A stretch of DNA of 64,000 nucleotides from positions 32,376,464 through 32,440,463 of the forward strand of contig NC_043011.1 in the NCBI RefSeq assembly GCF_006345805.1, written 5' to 3'. Positions 24,480 to 38,635 of the stretch are shown here, piece by piece. The position numbers and the translations under genes are program-made. The stretch is from Octopus sinensis. Taxonomy: Eukaryota. Positions within the stretch are counted from its first letter, which is position 1; each line of letters opens with the position of its first letter. The notes under the pieces were generated by a model. It searched no databases and was not told the DNA's origin. It was given only the letters and a program-made list of their open reading frames with translations.

Positions 24480-24870
24480 GGCGCGGGAGTGGCTGTGTGG
24501 TAAGTAGCTTGCTTACCAACCACATGGTTCCGGGTTCAGTCCCACAGCGTGACACCTTGGGCAAGTGTCTTCTACTATAACCTCGGGCCGACCAAAGCCT
24601 TGTGAGTGGATTTGGTAGACGGAAACTGAAAGAAGTCCGTCGTATATATGTATGTGTGTGTATATGTTTGTGTGTCTGTGTTTGTCCCCCCAGCTTCGCT
24701 TGGCAACCGATGGTGGTGTGTTTACATCCTCGTAACTTAGCGGTTCGGCAAAAGAGACCGATAGAATAAGTATTAGGCTTGCAAAGAATAAGTCATGGGG
24801 TCGATTTGCTCGACTAAAGGCGGTGCTCCAGCATGGCCACAGTCAAATGACTGAAACAAGTAAAAGAGTA
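24480..24870 (+). mobile_element. SINE family A copy
   Basis: Full-length family A. Confidence 0.9.
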
Positions 24871-25465
24871 GGTAGTTTAAAATGGCTCTAATTACAATTT
24901 TTTTCCCCATCAAACTGTGAAATAAAGACTAAAGAATAAACAATATTTATATGTTATACAAAACAGAAAAAAGAAAATGCTTTTGACTCAACCTTTTATA
25001 AAGGCTTCTGGTTTTAGTACAAGGCTAGTCTGCAAAGTAATTTTCTTGTCGCTCTGACGATACTGACACGCTGCCGCCTACGCCAGGCCTATAACTGCAT
25101 TTGGTATTTATGTCAACCCGAAATAACCCTCTATTTGGTGTTGCTATGAACACCATAGCTTCTCGATTATCATTCTCTAAAAATATAGATAATTTATTTC
25201 TAATCAAAAGAAACAGATTTTGAAAATCTTATGTTATTGAATAGTCGACCGAGTATCTTGTTAAAATTCTTTCAACCACTTGAAGTATTTCAAAATGTTC
25301 ACTTGATATTTTTTCTTCTATGTTCTACAATGATGTAACATTTTCATTAATAATTCTTAGAAAAAAAAAATGAATGATGTTTTCGTCATCAGCATGCAAA
25401 AATAAAAAAAAAAAGGAAAAGTCAATAATTCATTAAAAAAATAACCTGGTGAAGATTTGAAATAC

Positions 25466-26180
25466 AGGGTGTTCCGAAAGTCTTGTTACCCCCTACATTT
25501 TGTTTTATTGTCTTTATTATCATTATTTTTTGCTTTAACACAACCTCTCCCCCACATGAAATGCTTTGGGCCGCCATATCGAATGAGCACCTGATAGGAT
25601 CCTGTTTCTTCGAGGGCGCTGCTAACCAGCGAACTTACTTGGCCATGTTAAGGGAGTGGTTTGTTCCACAGCTCCAGAGGTTAAATGTTGACCTGAATGA
25701 TTGTTGGTTTCAACAAGATGGTGCCCCCCCCCCCACTATGCTATCACTGTCTGGGAATACCCTAAATGAAGTTTTGTGGGATAGATGGTTAGGTGCGAGG
25801 ATTGCAACAACTTCCAGCATCTGTCGATTCGCCTCCCAGAAGTCCAGACCTCACGTCTGGCGATAACGCTCTGTGGGATATTACCAAACAGAGAGTTTTA
25901 CATGAACGATACCAGAATACCAATCAGTTGAAGGACGCCGCTCGGAGAGCCTTTGCAACAATCACCAAAGCACAGCTTCGAAAAATATCACACAGGACAT
26001 AGCACCGCATCCTTTTGTGCTACGAAAATGATGGTGTTCATACACACCTACTCGATGTGTGACAGCGTCAATGAAACTGAATAAACTAAACCCAGTTCGT
26101 GTTTTAGATTATTGCTTTACTTGTTCTTCTCTTGTTCTTATTACTTTTTGGTAAAGGGGTAACAAAACTTTCGGAGGTGT
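25466..26180 (+). mobile_element. Internally deleted Tc1/mariner element (rosa/DD41D-like)
   Basis: TIR ccgaaagtcttgttacccc / ggggtaacaaaactttcgg; WFQQDGAPP and PPRSPDLT..D..LW motifs. Confidence 0.8.
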
Positions 26181-26972
26181 TTTATGGAGGACCAAGCTCT
26201 GTTGAAAATGTACGAGTGCTTCCAAGCAAGACCTCATCTTCCACAACAGAAGGTCTCCCCGACTTTGGTTTGTCTTCGAGGCTGGTGTTACCTTCTCGAA
26301 ACGTCTGAACCAGTTTTGTGCCACATATTCTTGGGTCTTCTACATCAAGGCTTTGGTCGGCCCGAGGCTATAGTAGAATACACTTGCCCAAGGTGTCACG
26401 CAGTGGGACTGAACCCGGGAACTCTGTACTTCGAAATGCTTGTAAGAAAATTTAACAAGATCCGCGGCCGAATCTAAAGCAATACCATTACTGTTATTAC
26501 ATATATTACCGACACTGGGAGGATTCATATATAGGTTGATCCTGAGACGATTTGAATCGAGAAATGAGAAACCAAAAACTTATAAATGTGCGGCATAACT
26601 GTGATGTTAAGAAGCTCAGGTTCAGTCCTACTGCACGAGATTTTGGATGTCTTCAACTAAAATTCCGGGTCGACCAATGTTTGGTGAATGAATTTGGAAT
26701 ACGAATAATGTGAGGAAGCTCATCGTATACAGGTATGTGTGTTTGTGTGTGTGCGTGTGTGCGCGTGTGCGTTTGTATTTGTATTGTTTACCTCGCCTAC
26801 CACAATTGGACAACAGGTGTTGGTTTAGTTACATCCCTGTAACTTTGCAGTTCTGTTAAAAGAGAGTAATAGAATAGGTACTAGACTAAAAAATAAGCAT
26901 TGAGTTTGATTCGTTCACACAGATATGTTTGTATGTATGTATGTGTGTGTATGTGTGTGTGTGTATGTGTGT

Positions 26973-27003
<31 letters not shown>

Positions 27004-27442
27004 GTGTCCCCTCAATAGCTTGATAACCGGGGTTGGTTTGTTTACGTCTTCATAACTTAGTGGCTCCTCAAAAGGAAACGATAGAATGTGTACTAGACTT
27101 TTTTTTTAAAAATCGAAATCTACAGGGAGCGAGTTGTTTTGGCTAAATCATTCAAGGCGGTGCCCCAGCATGGCCGCAATCGAATTACAAAAACAAATAG
27201 AAGATAAAAGGTACAAAAAAAAAAGGCCGTCAACTCTGCCGAATATTCTGAGGAAATTCTTGTCAGATTTTCGACGATTTACTAAAAAAAAGTTGATTGT
27301 TGTTATTTGGTTTAGTGAATTGTGCCATTTGACGAGTTTTAGTTATTCTAATCGATTCCAGTACTTAGTTTTAAAATCTGGTTCTTATTCGATCGGTCTG
27401 TTTGGTCGAACTGCTAAGTTACGGAAACGCGAGTAAACCAAT

Positions 27443-27678
27443 ACCTATTTCTTTATTACCCACAAGGGGCTAAACATAGAGGGGACAAACAAGGACAGAC
27501 ATAGGTATTAAGTCGATTATATCGACCCCAGTGCGTAACTGGTACTTAATTTATCGACCCCGAAAGGATGAAAGGCAAAGTTGACCTCGGCGGAATTTGA
27601 ACTCACAACGTAACGACAGACGAAATACCGCTAAGCATTTCATCCGGCGTGCTAACGTTTCTGCCAGCTCCCCGCCTT
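27443..27678 (-). mobile_element. tRNA-derived SINE family D
   Basis: gagctggcagaa..gagttcaaattccgccgaggtc..gcctttcatcctttcggggtcgataa. Confidence 0.85.
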
Positions 27679-27729
27679 TAAAAACCAATACCGATTGTCA
27701 AACGCTGCTGTGGAACAAACACCAACACA

Positions 27730-27915
27730 GTGGAGGCGCAATGGCCCAGTGGTTAGGGCAGTGGACTCGCGGTCGTAAGAACGCGGTTTCGATTCCCAGA
27801 CCGGGCATTGTGAGTGTTTATTGAGCAAAAACACCTAAGCTCCATGAGGCTCCGGCGGGTGTGGGGGATGTTAACCCCGCTGTACTCTTTCACCACAACT
27901 TTCTCTCAATCTTTC
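27730..27915 (+). mobile_element. tRNA-derived SINE family B
   Basis: ggaggcgcaatggcccagtggttag..gtttcgattccc; other copies at 28298, 29065, 31311, 39720, 44606. Confidence 0.85.
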
Positions 27916-29517
27916 CTCATACTTCTGCCACAAAGCAGAGGAACCATGGTGTAACCCACTATGGTGTGGTAAATTTTCAGGCCCTAGTCTAGATTGCAAA
28001 TCCTCTATACCTCAGGATGGGTCAGCTCTCCACCCGTTAAAAGCCACCGTTTACGGAATGAGGATAACAACGTAGCTTTCGCACCCGTGCAACTGCCAGT
28101 CTATCGCGTGTGATGGGTGGATCTTCAAGTTGCCACACGCATTCTTAGTAGCTTAGAGTAGGCTCGAATTAGAAATTATTCTTTGTGGCTATTGGCATGA
28201 GCCCTGATTGGAAGAAGAAGAACACCAACACCAACACAAACACACACACACACATATGGTGGGCTTCCATATAGTTTCTCTCTGCCATATTCATACAGTG
28301 GAGGCGCAATGGCCCACTGATTACGGCAGCGGACTCGCGGTTTCGATTCCAAACCGGGCGTTGTGAGTGTTTACTGAGCAAAAACATCTAAAGCTCCACG
28401 ATGCTTCGGAAGGAGGTGGTGACGAACCCTGCTGTACCCTTTCAACACAACTTTCTCTCACACTTTCTTCCTGTTTCTGTTGTACCTGTATTTCAAAGGG
28501 CCATCCTTGTCACGCTCTGTGTCACGCTGGAGTGCTCAGGCACTTGCACGTTAATTTCACGAGCAGGCTATTCCGTTGATCGGATCAATTGGAACCCTCG
28601 TCGTCATAACCGACGGAGTGCCACGATTCATACGGAAGGCATTGGTCGACCCGGAGTCATTATAGGAGACAAGTACCCAAGGGGCTGCGCATTGAGACTG
28701 AAAACGAAACTACAAGGTTGCAAAGCGAGCGCTTTAACCACACAACCAAGCCTAACTATTTACAAACAAGTTCTACATCTATTAGGGTATTCCGCACATT
28801 AAGGATCGGGACAAATAGCAAAAAGCAGTTTGTTCAACGCCTTCATAGGTTCGACCCTCCATCACTCTGGCATGGTTTTATTTATCTTACCAGGGAACAG
28901 CGGCGAACTGACAGAATCGGTAAAACACCGGAGAAAAAAAAAAAAAACCCAAAAGACAAATGCTTTGCGGTATTTCTTGTGGCTTCTTACATTCTGAGTT
29001 CGATGCCAGTCGAAATCAACCTAGTTTTTCATCCAAGTTTTTCATCCAAAACTAGACGAACAGGAGTTGTCACAATGCGCCTCGCATTGTTTTAACCTTC
29101 ACATGACGCCACCCCGCTGGCTAAGCGAGCAGGCCAACATAAGAAAGAGCGAGAGAAAGTTGTGGCGAAAGAGTACAGCAGGGATCGCCATCACCCCACT
29201 CATGGAACTTTTAGGTGTTTTCGCTCAATAAACACACACACAGTTGAAATATTCCTGTCACAACCTGGGACCTTGAAGACTGCTTAAATGCAAGAAAGTA
29301 TACTAGTCCCTTAATATTTGATATTTGATATCCAATTTTTCATCTTTACAATAAGACAATCAATAATTCATTTCATTTTACTATATATATTATTTATACT
29401 ATATATTCTATATTCTACATTAATATTATAAAGAATATAAATAAAACATAAAAAACAGAGTTGGACTTCCTTTGAATAATATATATCCCTCTATACACAA
29501 TCATGCAAAGCCCTTAC

Positions 29518-29833
<316 letters not shown>

Positions 29834-29856
29834 AATATATATGTATATAATATATA

Positions 29857-29897
<41 letters not shown>

Positions 29898-29919
29898 ATA
29901 GATATGTATGTGTGTGTGT

Positions 29920-30300
29920 ATGTGGCTGTGTGGCAAGTAGCTTGCTTACCGACCGTACGGTTCCGGATTCAGTCTCACTGCGTGGTACCTTAGGCATATG
30001 TCTTCTACTAGAGCCTCGGGTCGACCAAAGCCTTGTAAGTGGATTTGGTAGATGGAAACTGAAAGAAGCCCGTCGTATATAAATATATATATATGTGTGT
30101 GTGTGTGTATCTGTGTTTGTGTGTCTGTTTGTCCCCCCCCCCCAACGAATGCTAGAGCGTTTATGTCCCAGTAACTTAGCGGCTAGAATAACCAATAGAA
30201 TAAGTACTAGGCTTACAAAGAATAAGTCCTGGGGTTGATTTGCTCGACTAAAGGTGGTGCTCCAGCAAGGCCGCAGTCAAATAACTGAAACAAATAAGAA
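29920..30300 (+). mobile_element. SINE family A copy
   Basis: Family A consensus. Confidence 0.85.
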
Positions 30301-30302
30301 TA

Positions 30303-30749
30303 TATATCTATATCTATATGTGTATATATACGTATACACACACACACACATACACACACACAGACACACACATATATATATACATATATATACACACACA
30401 CAAACATATATATATATACATATACACACACACACACATATATATACATATATACACACACACATATATATATACATATATACACACGCACACACACATA
30501 TATACATACACACACACACATATATATATATACATATATATACACACACACACATATATACATATATATACACACACACATATATATATATACATATATA
30601 CACACACACACATATATATATACATATACACACACACATATATATATATATATACATATATACACACACACATACATATATATATATACATATACACACA
30701 CACATATATATATATACATATATACACACACACATATAGATACATATAT

Positions 30750-30780
<31 letters not shown>

Positions 30781-30872
30781 CATATACACACACACACACA
30801 TATATATATACATACACACACACACATATACACACACACACATGCACACACACACACACACACACACACACA

Positions 30873-30903
<31 letters not shown>

Positions 30904-31031
30904 AAGTTAATCCAAACACGAAAGCACAAAAAAACACAACGCGAGGACGTGGAACAAATATAGTATTATTGGACGCTCAGGAAGAAGGAAAGAAGTATAA
31001 TATACATGTATTTATATTTATGTACATACAT

Positions 31032-31065
<34 letters not shown>

Positions 31066-31104
31066 CTATATATATAATATATACTATATATATATCTATA
31101 TAAT

Positions 31105-31161
<57 letters not shown>

Positions 31162-31182
31162 ATAGTATATATGTTAATATAT

Positions 31183-31232
<50 letters not shown>

Positions 31233-31310
31233 CATACATACATACATACATATCTATACATACTATATATATACATATATATATATATTCATACATATAC
31301 ATACATACAT
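30303..31310. repeat. Long (CA)/(TA) compound microsatellite block
   Basis: Seen directly; interrupted by a PLE-like remnant at 30900-30995. Confidence 0.95.
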
Positions 31311-31570
31311 GTGGAGGCGCAATGGCCCAGTGGTTAAGACAGCGGACTCGCGGTCGTAGGATCGCGGTTTCGATTCCCAGACCGGACGTTGTGAGTGTTT
31401 ATTGAGCGAAAACACCAAAAAGCTTCACGAGGCTCCACGAGTGCCACTCTTTCTTCTGTTGGCCTGCTCGCTTAGCCAGCGGGGTGGCGTCATTCGAAGG
31501 CTAAAACAATGCGAACGCATTGTGACCAGCGACGTGTAACTACATCTGATGGACATGTCGGTCACGTGAT
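31311..31570 (+). mobile_element. SINE family B copy
   Basis: Same head as 27730. Confidence 0.85.
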
Positions 31571-31788
31571 ATACATATATACATAAATATATTTACATAT
31601 ATATATATATATGTGTGTGTGTGGTGGGGTATATATATATATATTAAGGTATGTAGAAAAATACAACATGGACAAGAACGTATAACTCATAGAAGACGAT
31701 ACAATAAACATGGACAGGACATTCGAACCCCTCAGTCTTCAGTCAATATATATATATATATATAATATATATATAACACATAAATACC

Positions 31789-31825
<37 letters not shown>

Positions 31826-31833
31826 ATAATACC

Positions 31834-31871
<38 letters not shown>

Positions 31872-32190
31872 CACTGTACACAACCTTCTGCGCCAATAAA
31901 TCACTATTCTTCCTGAAAGTCTTTTTAATATCATCTACGGACTGATTAAACCTTGGTCCTTGGACCTTACCTTTACACAAACACACTCATATATATATAT
32001 CCACATGCACGCTCGCTCGCGCACACACGCAATACGAAAGAGTAAAACGACTACGTAGTGAATCCAGAGATGTGCTGGACTCATTATTGAAACAGCAGAT
32101 TAGAAGCTGTGGATTATAGAATTTATATAGATTGCGACTATTAAGATAGACGTTTAACTAGATTTCTGGCAATCATTATCAGTCTGTCGG

Positions 32191-32264
<74 letters not shown>

Positions 32265-32273
32265 ACCTACCTA

Positions 32274-32377
<104 letters not shown>

Positions 32378-32558
32378 CTATCTACCTACCTACCTACCTA
32401 CCTATATCAATATATATTCATATGCGTGCGTAACTATGTATGTATGTATGTATGTATGTATGTATGTATGTATATATGACTTTAAGCACTTAAATGCAAA
32501 ACAAGGTGGAAAAAATAGTAGTCCAATACTGAGGGTAGAGTTATATGCTTTCTTTGTT

Positions 32559-32779
32559 TATTAAAGCTGCAAAGACATCGCGCGCGCGCACCCCTCTCCA
32601 CACACAAAAACGCTAGTCAGAGTTTCACGTTCCTGTTCGTCGGGGTGTTGTGATACAGAATATATAACTTGCGATATATTCTGTATCACAACACCCCGAC
32701 GAACAGGAACGTGATAACTGACTAGCGTTTTTGTGTGTGGATAGGGGGTGCGCGGCGCGATGTATTGGCAGCTTTAATA
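32559..32779. repeat. ~220-bp palindrome (PLE-like inverted end)
   Basis: Arms of ~105 bp around a short loop near 32665-32672; contains CCGACGA..GAAAC hammerhead-like motif on -. Confidence 0.85.
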
Positions 32780-33019
32780 TATATATATTTTACGTAATAA
32801 AATTTATTGTATTCCCGGTTTTTATGCACTAAGCCACTTGGTGTTAAATTGATGGTACTATTAAATTAGTATCCAATTTTCTCACCCTTATTAGTGATTG
32901 TATATATATATATATATAAGGTGGTTTTACTTTTTACTTTTTATTTTTTATACGTATATGTATATACATATATATATACGTATACATACATATGTATATA
33001 TACATACATACATACATAC

Positions 33020-33100
<81 letters not shown>

Positions 33101-33393
33101 CGTACAGAGGATTTGCAATCTAGACTAGGGCCTGAAAGTTTACCACACCGTAGTGGGTTACACCATGGTTCCTCTGCTTTGTGGCAGAAGTATGAGTATA
33201 TATATATATATGTATGTGTATATATATATATTTGTCGTTCAGTGCTCGAAATGAGGAGTAGATAGACAGCCGACAATTGATGAAGGGTCGTTATTTATGT
33301 TACTCGTCCTGTTTTCAATTTGTTTCTTTCGTTGTTTGTGTATTGAACTCATTTGATTTCGTATTTCATACTGTTTACTGTTGGTGACGTCCT

Positions 33394-34029
33394 ACATAGG
33401 GGTTGGACAAAATAATAGGAAACACCTTAAAATTTCAAACAAATTTATTTTGATATTGGGTAGGACCGTCTTTGGCAGTAATTGCAGTTTGAATTCTACG
33501 AGGTATGGACTCGTACAAAGTTTGAATTTTTTCCAAAGGAATTTTTGTCTTTCTTCAGCTAAAACAGTTTAGTAACGATGGTGGAGGATATCGACTACTT
33601 ACTTGTTTTTCTAAAATGCATCATAAATGTTCAATAGTATTGAGATCTGGGGACTCTGGTGGCCAGATAAGATGTTCAACTTCACTAAAATGCTCCTCGT
33701 GCCATTCAGCAAGAACATTAGCTGTGTGAATTGGTGCATTATCATCCTGAAAGATTGCGTTTCCCTCCGAAAACAGTTCCGCAACCATAGGATGAATGTG
33801 ATCAGACAATATCCTTAAATAGTCTTTACTATTAATTCTGCCATGAAGGGAAAGCATTGGGCCAGGCGGATTTCCCAGATCATCACAGATCTTCCTCCAT
33901 GTTTAACAGCTGGAAGAAGGCAGTCTGGGTCAAATGCTTCTTTTGGCTGTTTCCACACGTATAATCGGCCGGTGGTCGGAAATAAGGTAAAGGATGACTC
34001 GTCCGAGAAAATAACATTCTTCCACCGCT
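33394..34029 (-). mobile_element. Tc1 (DD34E) transposon 3' half
   Basis: VIFSDES, KHGG.SVMIW, FQDDNAPIH, WPPESPDLNTIEHL; TIR-like end at 33394. Confidence 0.9.
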
Positions 34030-35873
34030 CACTACGAGACAATGGAAGATGGTAACAGATATTTACCACATGCTACCTTATCAAGTGAAGTATATTGTCA
34101 TCCACTTCACTTCTAACCTTCATAGCGTACGGACAGTTCAAACGACCCCACACCATTATACCACCACTGATACCTTCATCCTTCTAACTGTTTGCTTTCT
34201 TATAAATACGACAGAATTCATTTCGACGTATGGCCTGCCACAAGCATTCAGGTCAGGGTCAAATAGCCTTCCCAATGCTGTCATTCGTGAAACAACCTAC
34301 GACACTCAAGCGCTTTCAAAGTACATTGTTGAAAATGAGCCTAAATTACTTCCGGACCAGCTGCAGGCCTACAGAACTATTCTTAACAGTGTACGCCAAC
34401 GCGAGGGACGAATCTTCTTCCTCGATGCTCCTGGAAGGACAGGAAAAACATTTATTACAAAGCTTCTCCTTGCAGAAGTTAGGCAGCATCAGGACATTGC
34501 AGTAGCTGTAGCCTCCTCTGGCATTGTAGCTACTTTGTTACCCGGACAGCACATTCAACTTTTAAACTCCCTCTCAATTTAGCAGCATCCGAAATGCCTT
34601 CATGCAACATCAACAAAAGCTCAGATCAGGGATAAGTACTTAAAATGTGTCATCTAATTGTTTGGGATGAGTGCACTATGGCTCACAAGGGAGCTTTGGA
34701 AGCGTTAGATAGAGACCTGAAAGACATCCGAGACTGTCAGGCTCCAATGGGAGGTGTAACGCTTCTGTTGTCAGGTGATTTCAGGCAAACTCTTCCTGTC
34801 ATTCCGAAAGGCACTAGAGCAGATGAAGTCCAAGCATACCTAAAGTCCTCTACCCTGTGGCATCATGTTACAAACCTCAGTCTCAACACTAACATGAGAG
34901 CTCAGCTACACGGCGACAAAATGTCCACAAAGTTTGCACAGGACATTTTGACACTTGGTGAAAGCAAGATGCCTCTCGATGCTGCAGGACAAATGGAAGT
35001 GTGGTCATTTTCCTCTGTTGTTAATTCTGTAGATGACCTCAAAAACAAAGTCTTTCCCAACTTCACACAAAACTACCAAAATCACAATTGGCTGTGTGAA
35101 AGAGCAACATTAGCTTCAAAAAACGTCGCTGTTAAAATTAATCAACAGCTAATGCATTCTCTTCCCGGCACTATACACACTTACAAGTCTGTTGATACAA
35201 TTCCAGATATAAATGAAGTTGTGAACTTTCCTCCTGAATTTCTCAATTCACTGGAGCCTCCTCGACTACCTCCACACATATTAGCACTTAAAGTTGGAAC
35301 TCCTGTAATGCTACTCAGCAATCTGGAACCACCAAGACTTTGCAATGGAACACGACTGGTGATAAAGAAAATGATGTCACACGTCATCGAGGCGATCATT
35401 CTTTCTGGATGTGGAAAAGGTGATGACGTCTTTATTCCAAGAATTCCTCTTACTCCATCAGGAGCAGAAATTCCATTTACATTCAGAAGACTGCAAGGAA
35501 CATTGTTTACAACGAGGTCCATTAACAAATCTCAGGGTCAAACCCTCTCTGTAGCTGGTCTTCTCTTGGAAGAGCCCTGCTTCTCGCATGGGCAACTGTA
35601 TGTTGGCTGCTCAAGAGTAGGAACCAAAAGAAACCTTTTTGTATATGCTCCACAAGGAAAAACAAGGAACATTGTTTACAACGAGGTGCTATAATCTCAA
35701 CAGCCAGGAGGTATATACATGATCCCCTTTTTTTAATAAACATCATGTACTTTCATATATTTATATTAATATACATATATGTGTGTGTATCCATATATAT
35801 ATATATATATATATAACAGAAAAGTTAATTCTTCAATTGAATGTAACCGGGCAACGCCGGGTATCTCTGCTAG
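34030..35873 (+). mobile_element. 5'-truncated Helitron with PIF1-like helicase pseudogene
   Basis: APGRTGKT, IVWDEC.M, GDFRQ.LPV, INKSQGQTL, FSHGQLYVGCSRV; frameshifted; 3' hairpin ccgggcaacgccgg and CTAG|T terminus. Confidence 0.93.
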
Positions 35874-36544
35874 TATATATATATATATATATAAATGGAT
35901 GAATGAATTATCCTTTGTTTACAGTTAACACGGAAAATTCAATGAACAGTTACCAGGGTAGCAAAATTCACGCAAGTAACAAGGATGTGACGACCTATTC
36001 AAAGGTAGAAACTCCAGGTTAATGTGCAGCAATTTGTCTAGTATAAGTGAATAAATGGAGTTGAACGCAGGTATTATTCTAATTCTTTTACTTTCGACAT
36101 ATGTTTCGAAGACAACATTGGTTTTATTTTAAAGGAATAAATGGTGTAAAATAATGTCGAAAGTAAAAGAATTTGAATAATACCTGCTTTCAATAAACGA
36201 ACATTAAAAATAATAGTAACAAACAAGAGGACGTGCACATGGATTGTATTAGTTACAATTTTGTAACTAATTGTATTAGAGACAAAAAAAGGAGAGCATT
36301 CGACGTTTCGAGTAAAGCTCTACATCGGAAAGGAAAAAGGAAATGGAGAAAAAAAAATCACCAAAAGCATGTGTGTAGTTACATTGCACACACACACACG
36401 TGCGTGATTGCTTCTACAGTTTTCGTTTACCTAATTCACTCACAAAGCTTTGGTCCGCCCGAGGCTGGATTAGGTGCTGCGCTGTGAAACCGAACCTCAA
36501 AACCATCTCGTTGTACAGCGAGATTCGTAACTACACAACCTTGA

Positions 36545-37200
36545 CTTGTGAAGAAAATATTTCGATTTCAAGAACTTGGATGAATAAACCATGCAACTGC
36601 GCTGTTTTCAGCTTTTAGGTAAAAATATTTCAACAAATATTTTGTCTTGTGAAGAAAATAGTTCGATTTCAAGAACTTGGATGAATAAACCACGCAACTT
36701 CGCTGTTTTCAGCTTTTAGGTAAAAATATTTCAACAAATATTTTGATTTCTGAATATAAAAAGATATCAATCCCGAACGTTTGTTTGTTCTAGACTGAAG
36801 CTTTATGAAACAACATATTAATTTTCTTCAAGTTGCCAAGGATACAAACGTTGTTACCTTGTTTATAAGTTTAGGTATATTGTAATGTTTCCAGACAATT
36901 TTATAGTTCTTTAACAATATTATTTTTCGAAGATCATATGTAAATGATAAACTAGCGTTCACATTTTTTACCTCGGATTTTTGGAAGAATGCAAGTGTTG
37001 ATTAAATTGATCTCTAAATTTATTTTCAGTTGACTCTGTATAATCTTTGAACACTGGATTATCCGCTGTAAATATTTCTGCACAGTGAACTGTTGATTTT
37101 GAAAGACATGAGTTGTTTGAGGGGCCGTTGCTTAAACAAAGAATACCTGAAGAAGAAGGTTGTTTAAGAATTTCATATTCATGTAGGCTCTTCCTCTTTC
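36545..37200 (-). mobile_element. Penelope-like element GIY-YIG endonuclease remnant
   Basis: Minus translation P.NNSCLSKS.VHCAEI..KDYTESTENKFRDQFNQHLHS resembles PLE GIY-YIG; ~100-bp tandem duplication 36546-36745. Confidence 0.65.
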
Positions 37201-37208
37201 TCTCTAAG

Positions 37209-37490
37209 ATGTATGTATGTATGTATGTATGTATGTATGTATGTATGTATGTATGTATGTATGTATGTATGTATGTATGTATGTATGTATGTATGTATGT
37301 ATGTATGTGTGTATGTATGTATGTATGTATGTGTGTATGTATGTGTGTATGTGTGTATGTATGTGTGTATGTATGTATGTATGTATGTATGTATGTATGT
37401 ATGTATGTGTGTATGTATGTGTGTATGTGTGTATGTATGTATGTATGTATGTATGTATGTATGTGTGTGTGTGTGTGTGCGTGTGTGTGT
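37209..37490. repeat. (TATG)n microsatellite
   Basis: Seen directly. Confidence 0.95.
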
Positions 37491-37504
37491 GTACATGCGC
37501 ACAC

Positions 37505-37890
37505 GAGTGGCTGTGTGGTAAGTAGCTTGCTTACCAACCACATGGTTCCGAGTTCAGTCCCACTGCGTGGAATCTTGGGCAAGTGTCTTCTACTATAACC
37601 TCGAGCCGACCAAAGCCTTGTGAGTGGATTTGGTAGACGGAAACTGAAAGAAGCTCGTCGCATATATGTATATGTGTGTGTATATGTTTGTGCGTTTGTG
37701 TTTGTACCCCCAACATTGCCTAACAACCGATGGTGGTGTGTTTACGTCCCCGTAACTTAGCGGTTCGGCAAAAAAGTGTACGATAGAATAAGTACTAGGC
37801 TTACAAAGAATAAGTCCTGACGTTGATGTGCTCGACTAAAGGCGGTGCTCTAGCATGGCCACAGTCAAATGACCGAAACAAGTAAAAGAG
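37505..37890 (+). mobile_element. SINE family A copy
   Basis: Family A consensus. Confidence 0.9.
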
Positions 37891-38253
37891 AATACATATA
37901 TATATATAAAGGGTGTTCGGGCTAAATTTGACGATTTTTTTTCTCCTTTTGTTTTTTCAGGAATAGTTCAATGCATTGGTGAATAGTCAACAGCGTTAGA
38001 GAGCATAAAGATTAAAAGTTGTAGTTGAGAAAAACGTAGCAGACATGGAGGACTGGAAGTCATCTGAATATTGGGAAAGTGTTACCCGTATCACGATGAT
38101 TTGCGCCGGGTATCAAAATGCCGACATTATGACTGCTGCTCAAAACTTTGTGAACACCGAAAATGCTGTAATACATGACACGGACAGCTGCGACGGAGAC
38201 TACGAAGCTGTGACATCCTGACAGCGTCCGCACGCAGAAATTCGTTCCCAGAA

Positions 38254-38635
38254 TCTATATATATATAAAACTGTAGTTGTGTGAGTGTCTGTCTCCTACG
38301 ATTTAGATTCCTAACTACTCCCTCATTTTGCGGTGCAGTTTAACCAAAACCGGGTATCTTATAGTCGTCATTCATATTGAACCCTTCTGGGTATTAGCGC
38401 GCGTCTACGATGAGTTTACAATCATTTTTTTCCCATTTTAATGCATTTTTCGCTATTATATAAGGGAAGTAACTCTCTAAAAATGTCTACGATGAGTCAA
38501 CGATTTAAAAAAAAATTTACCATAATTTTTTTCCCATTTTTAATGCATTTTTTTTGCTATTTTTTGGCTATAACTCTCTAAAAATATATAGTTATTTCCC
38601 TTACAAACCCGAGCCACGCCGGGCGATACTGCTAG
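38254..38635 (+). mobile_element. Non-autonomous Helitron
   Basis: A|TC 5' end, subterminal hairpin cccg..cggg, CTAG|T 3' end, internal tandem repeat. Confidence 0.85.

Noticed and set aside
30213-31247. Long ORFs (up to 261 aa) of YI/CV/HT dipeptides; also at 846, 5761, 37113, 52669 and 61275
   Set aside because: Translations of stop-free microsatellites, not genes.
31311-31390. tRNA-like sequences with A and B boxes at SINE heads
   Set aside because: Fused to SINE bodies, multi-copy, and with imperfect cloverleaves.
34049-35694. Host PIF1 helicase gene
   Set aside because: Intronless, frameshifted, and ends in a Helitron hairpin-CTAG terminus.
36546-36745. 100-bp tandem duplication at the PLE end as a possible hammerhead dimer
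   Set aside because: No CUGANGA-type core with consistent stems could be found by eye.
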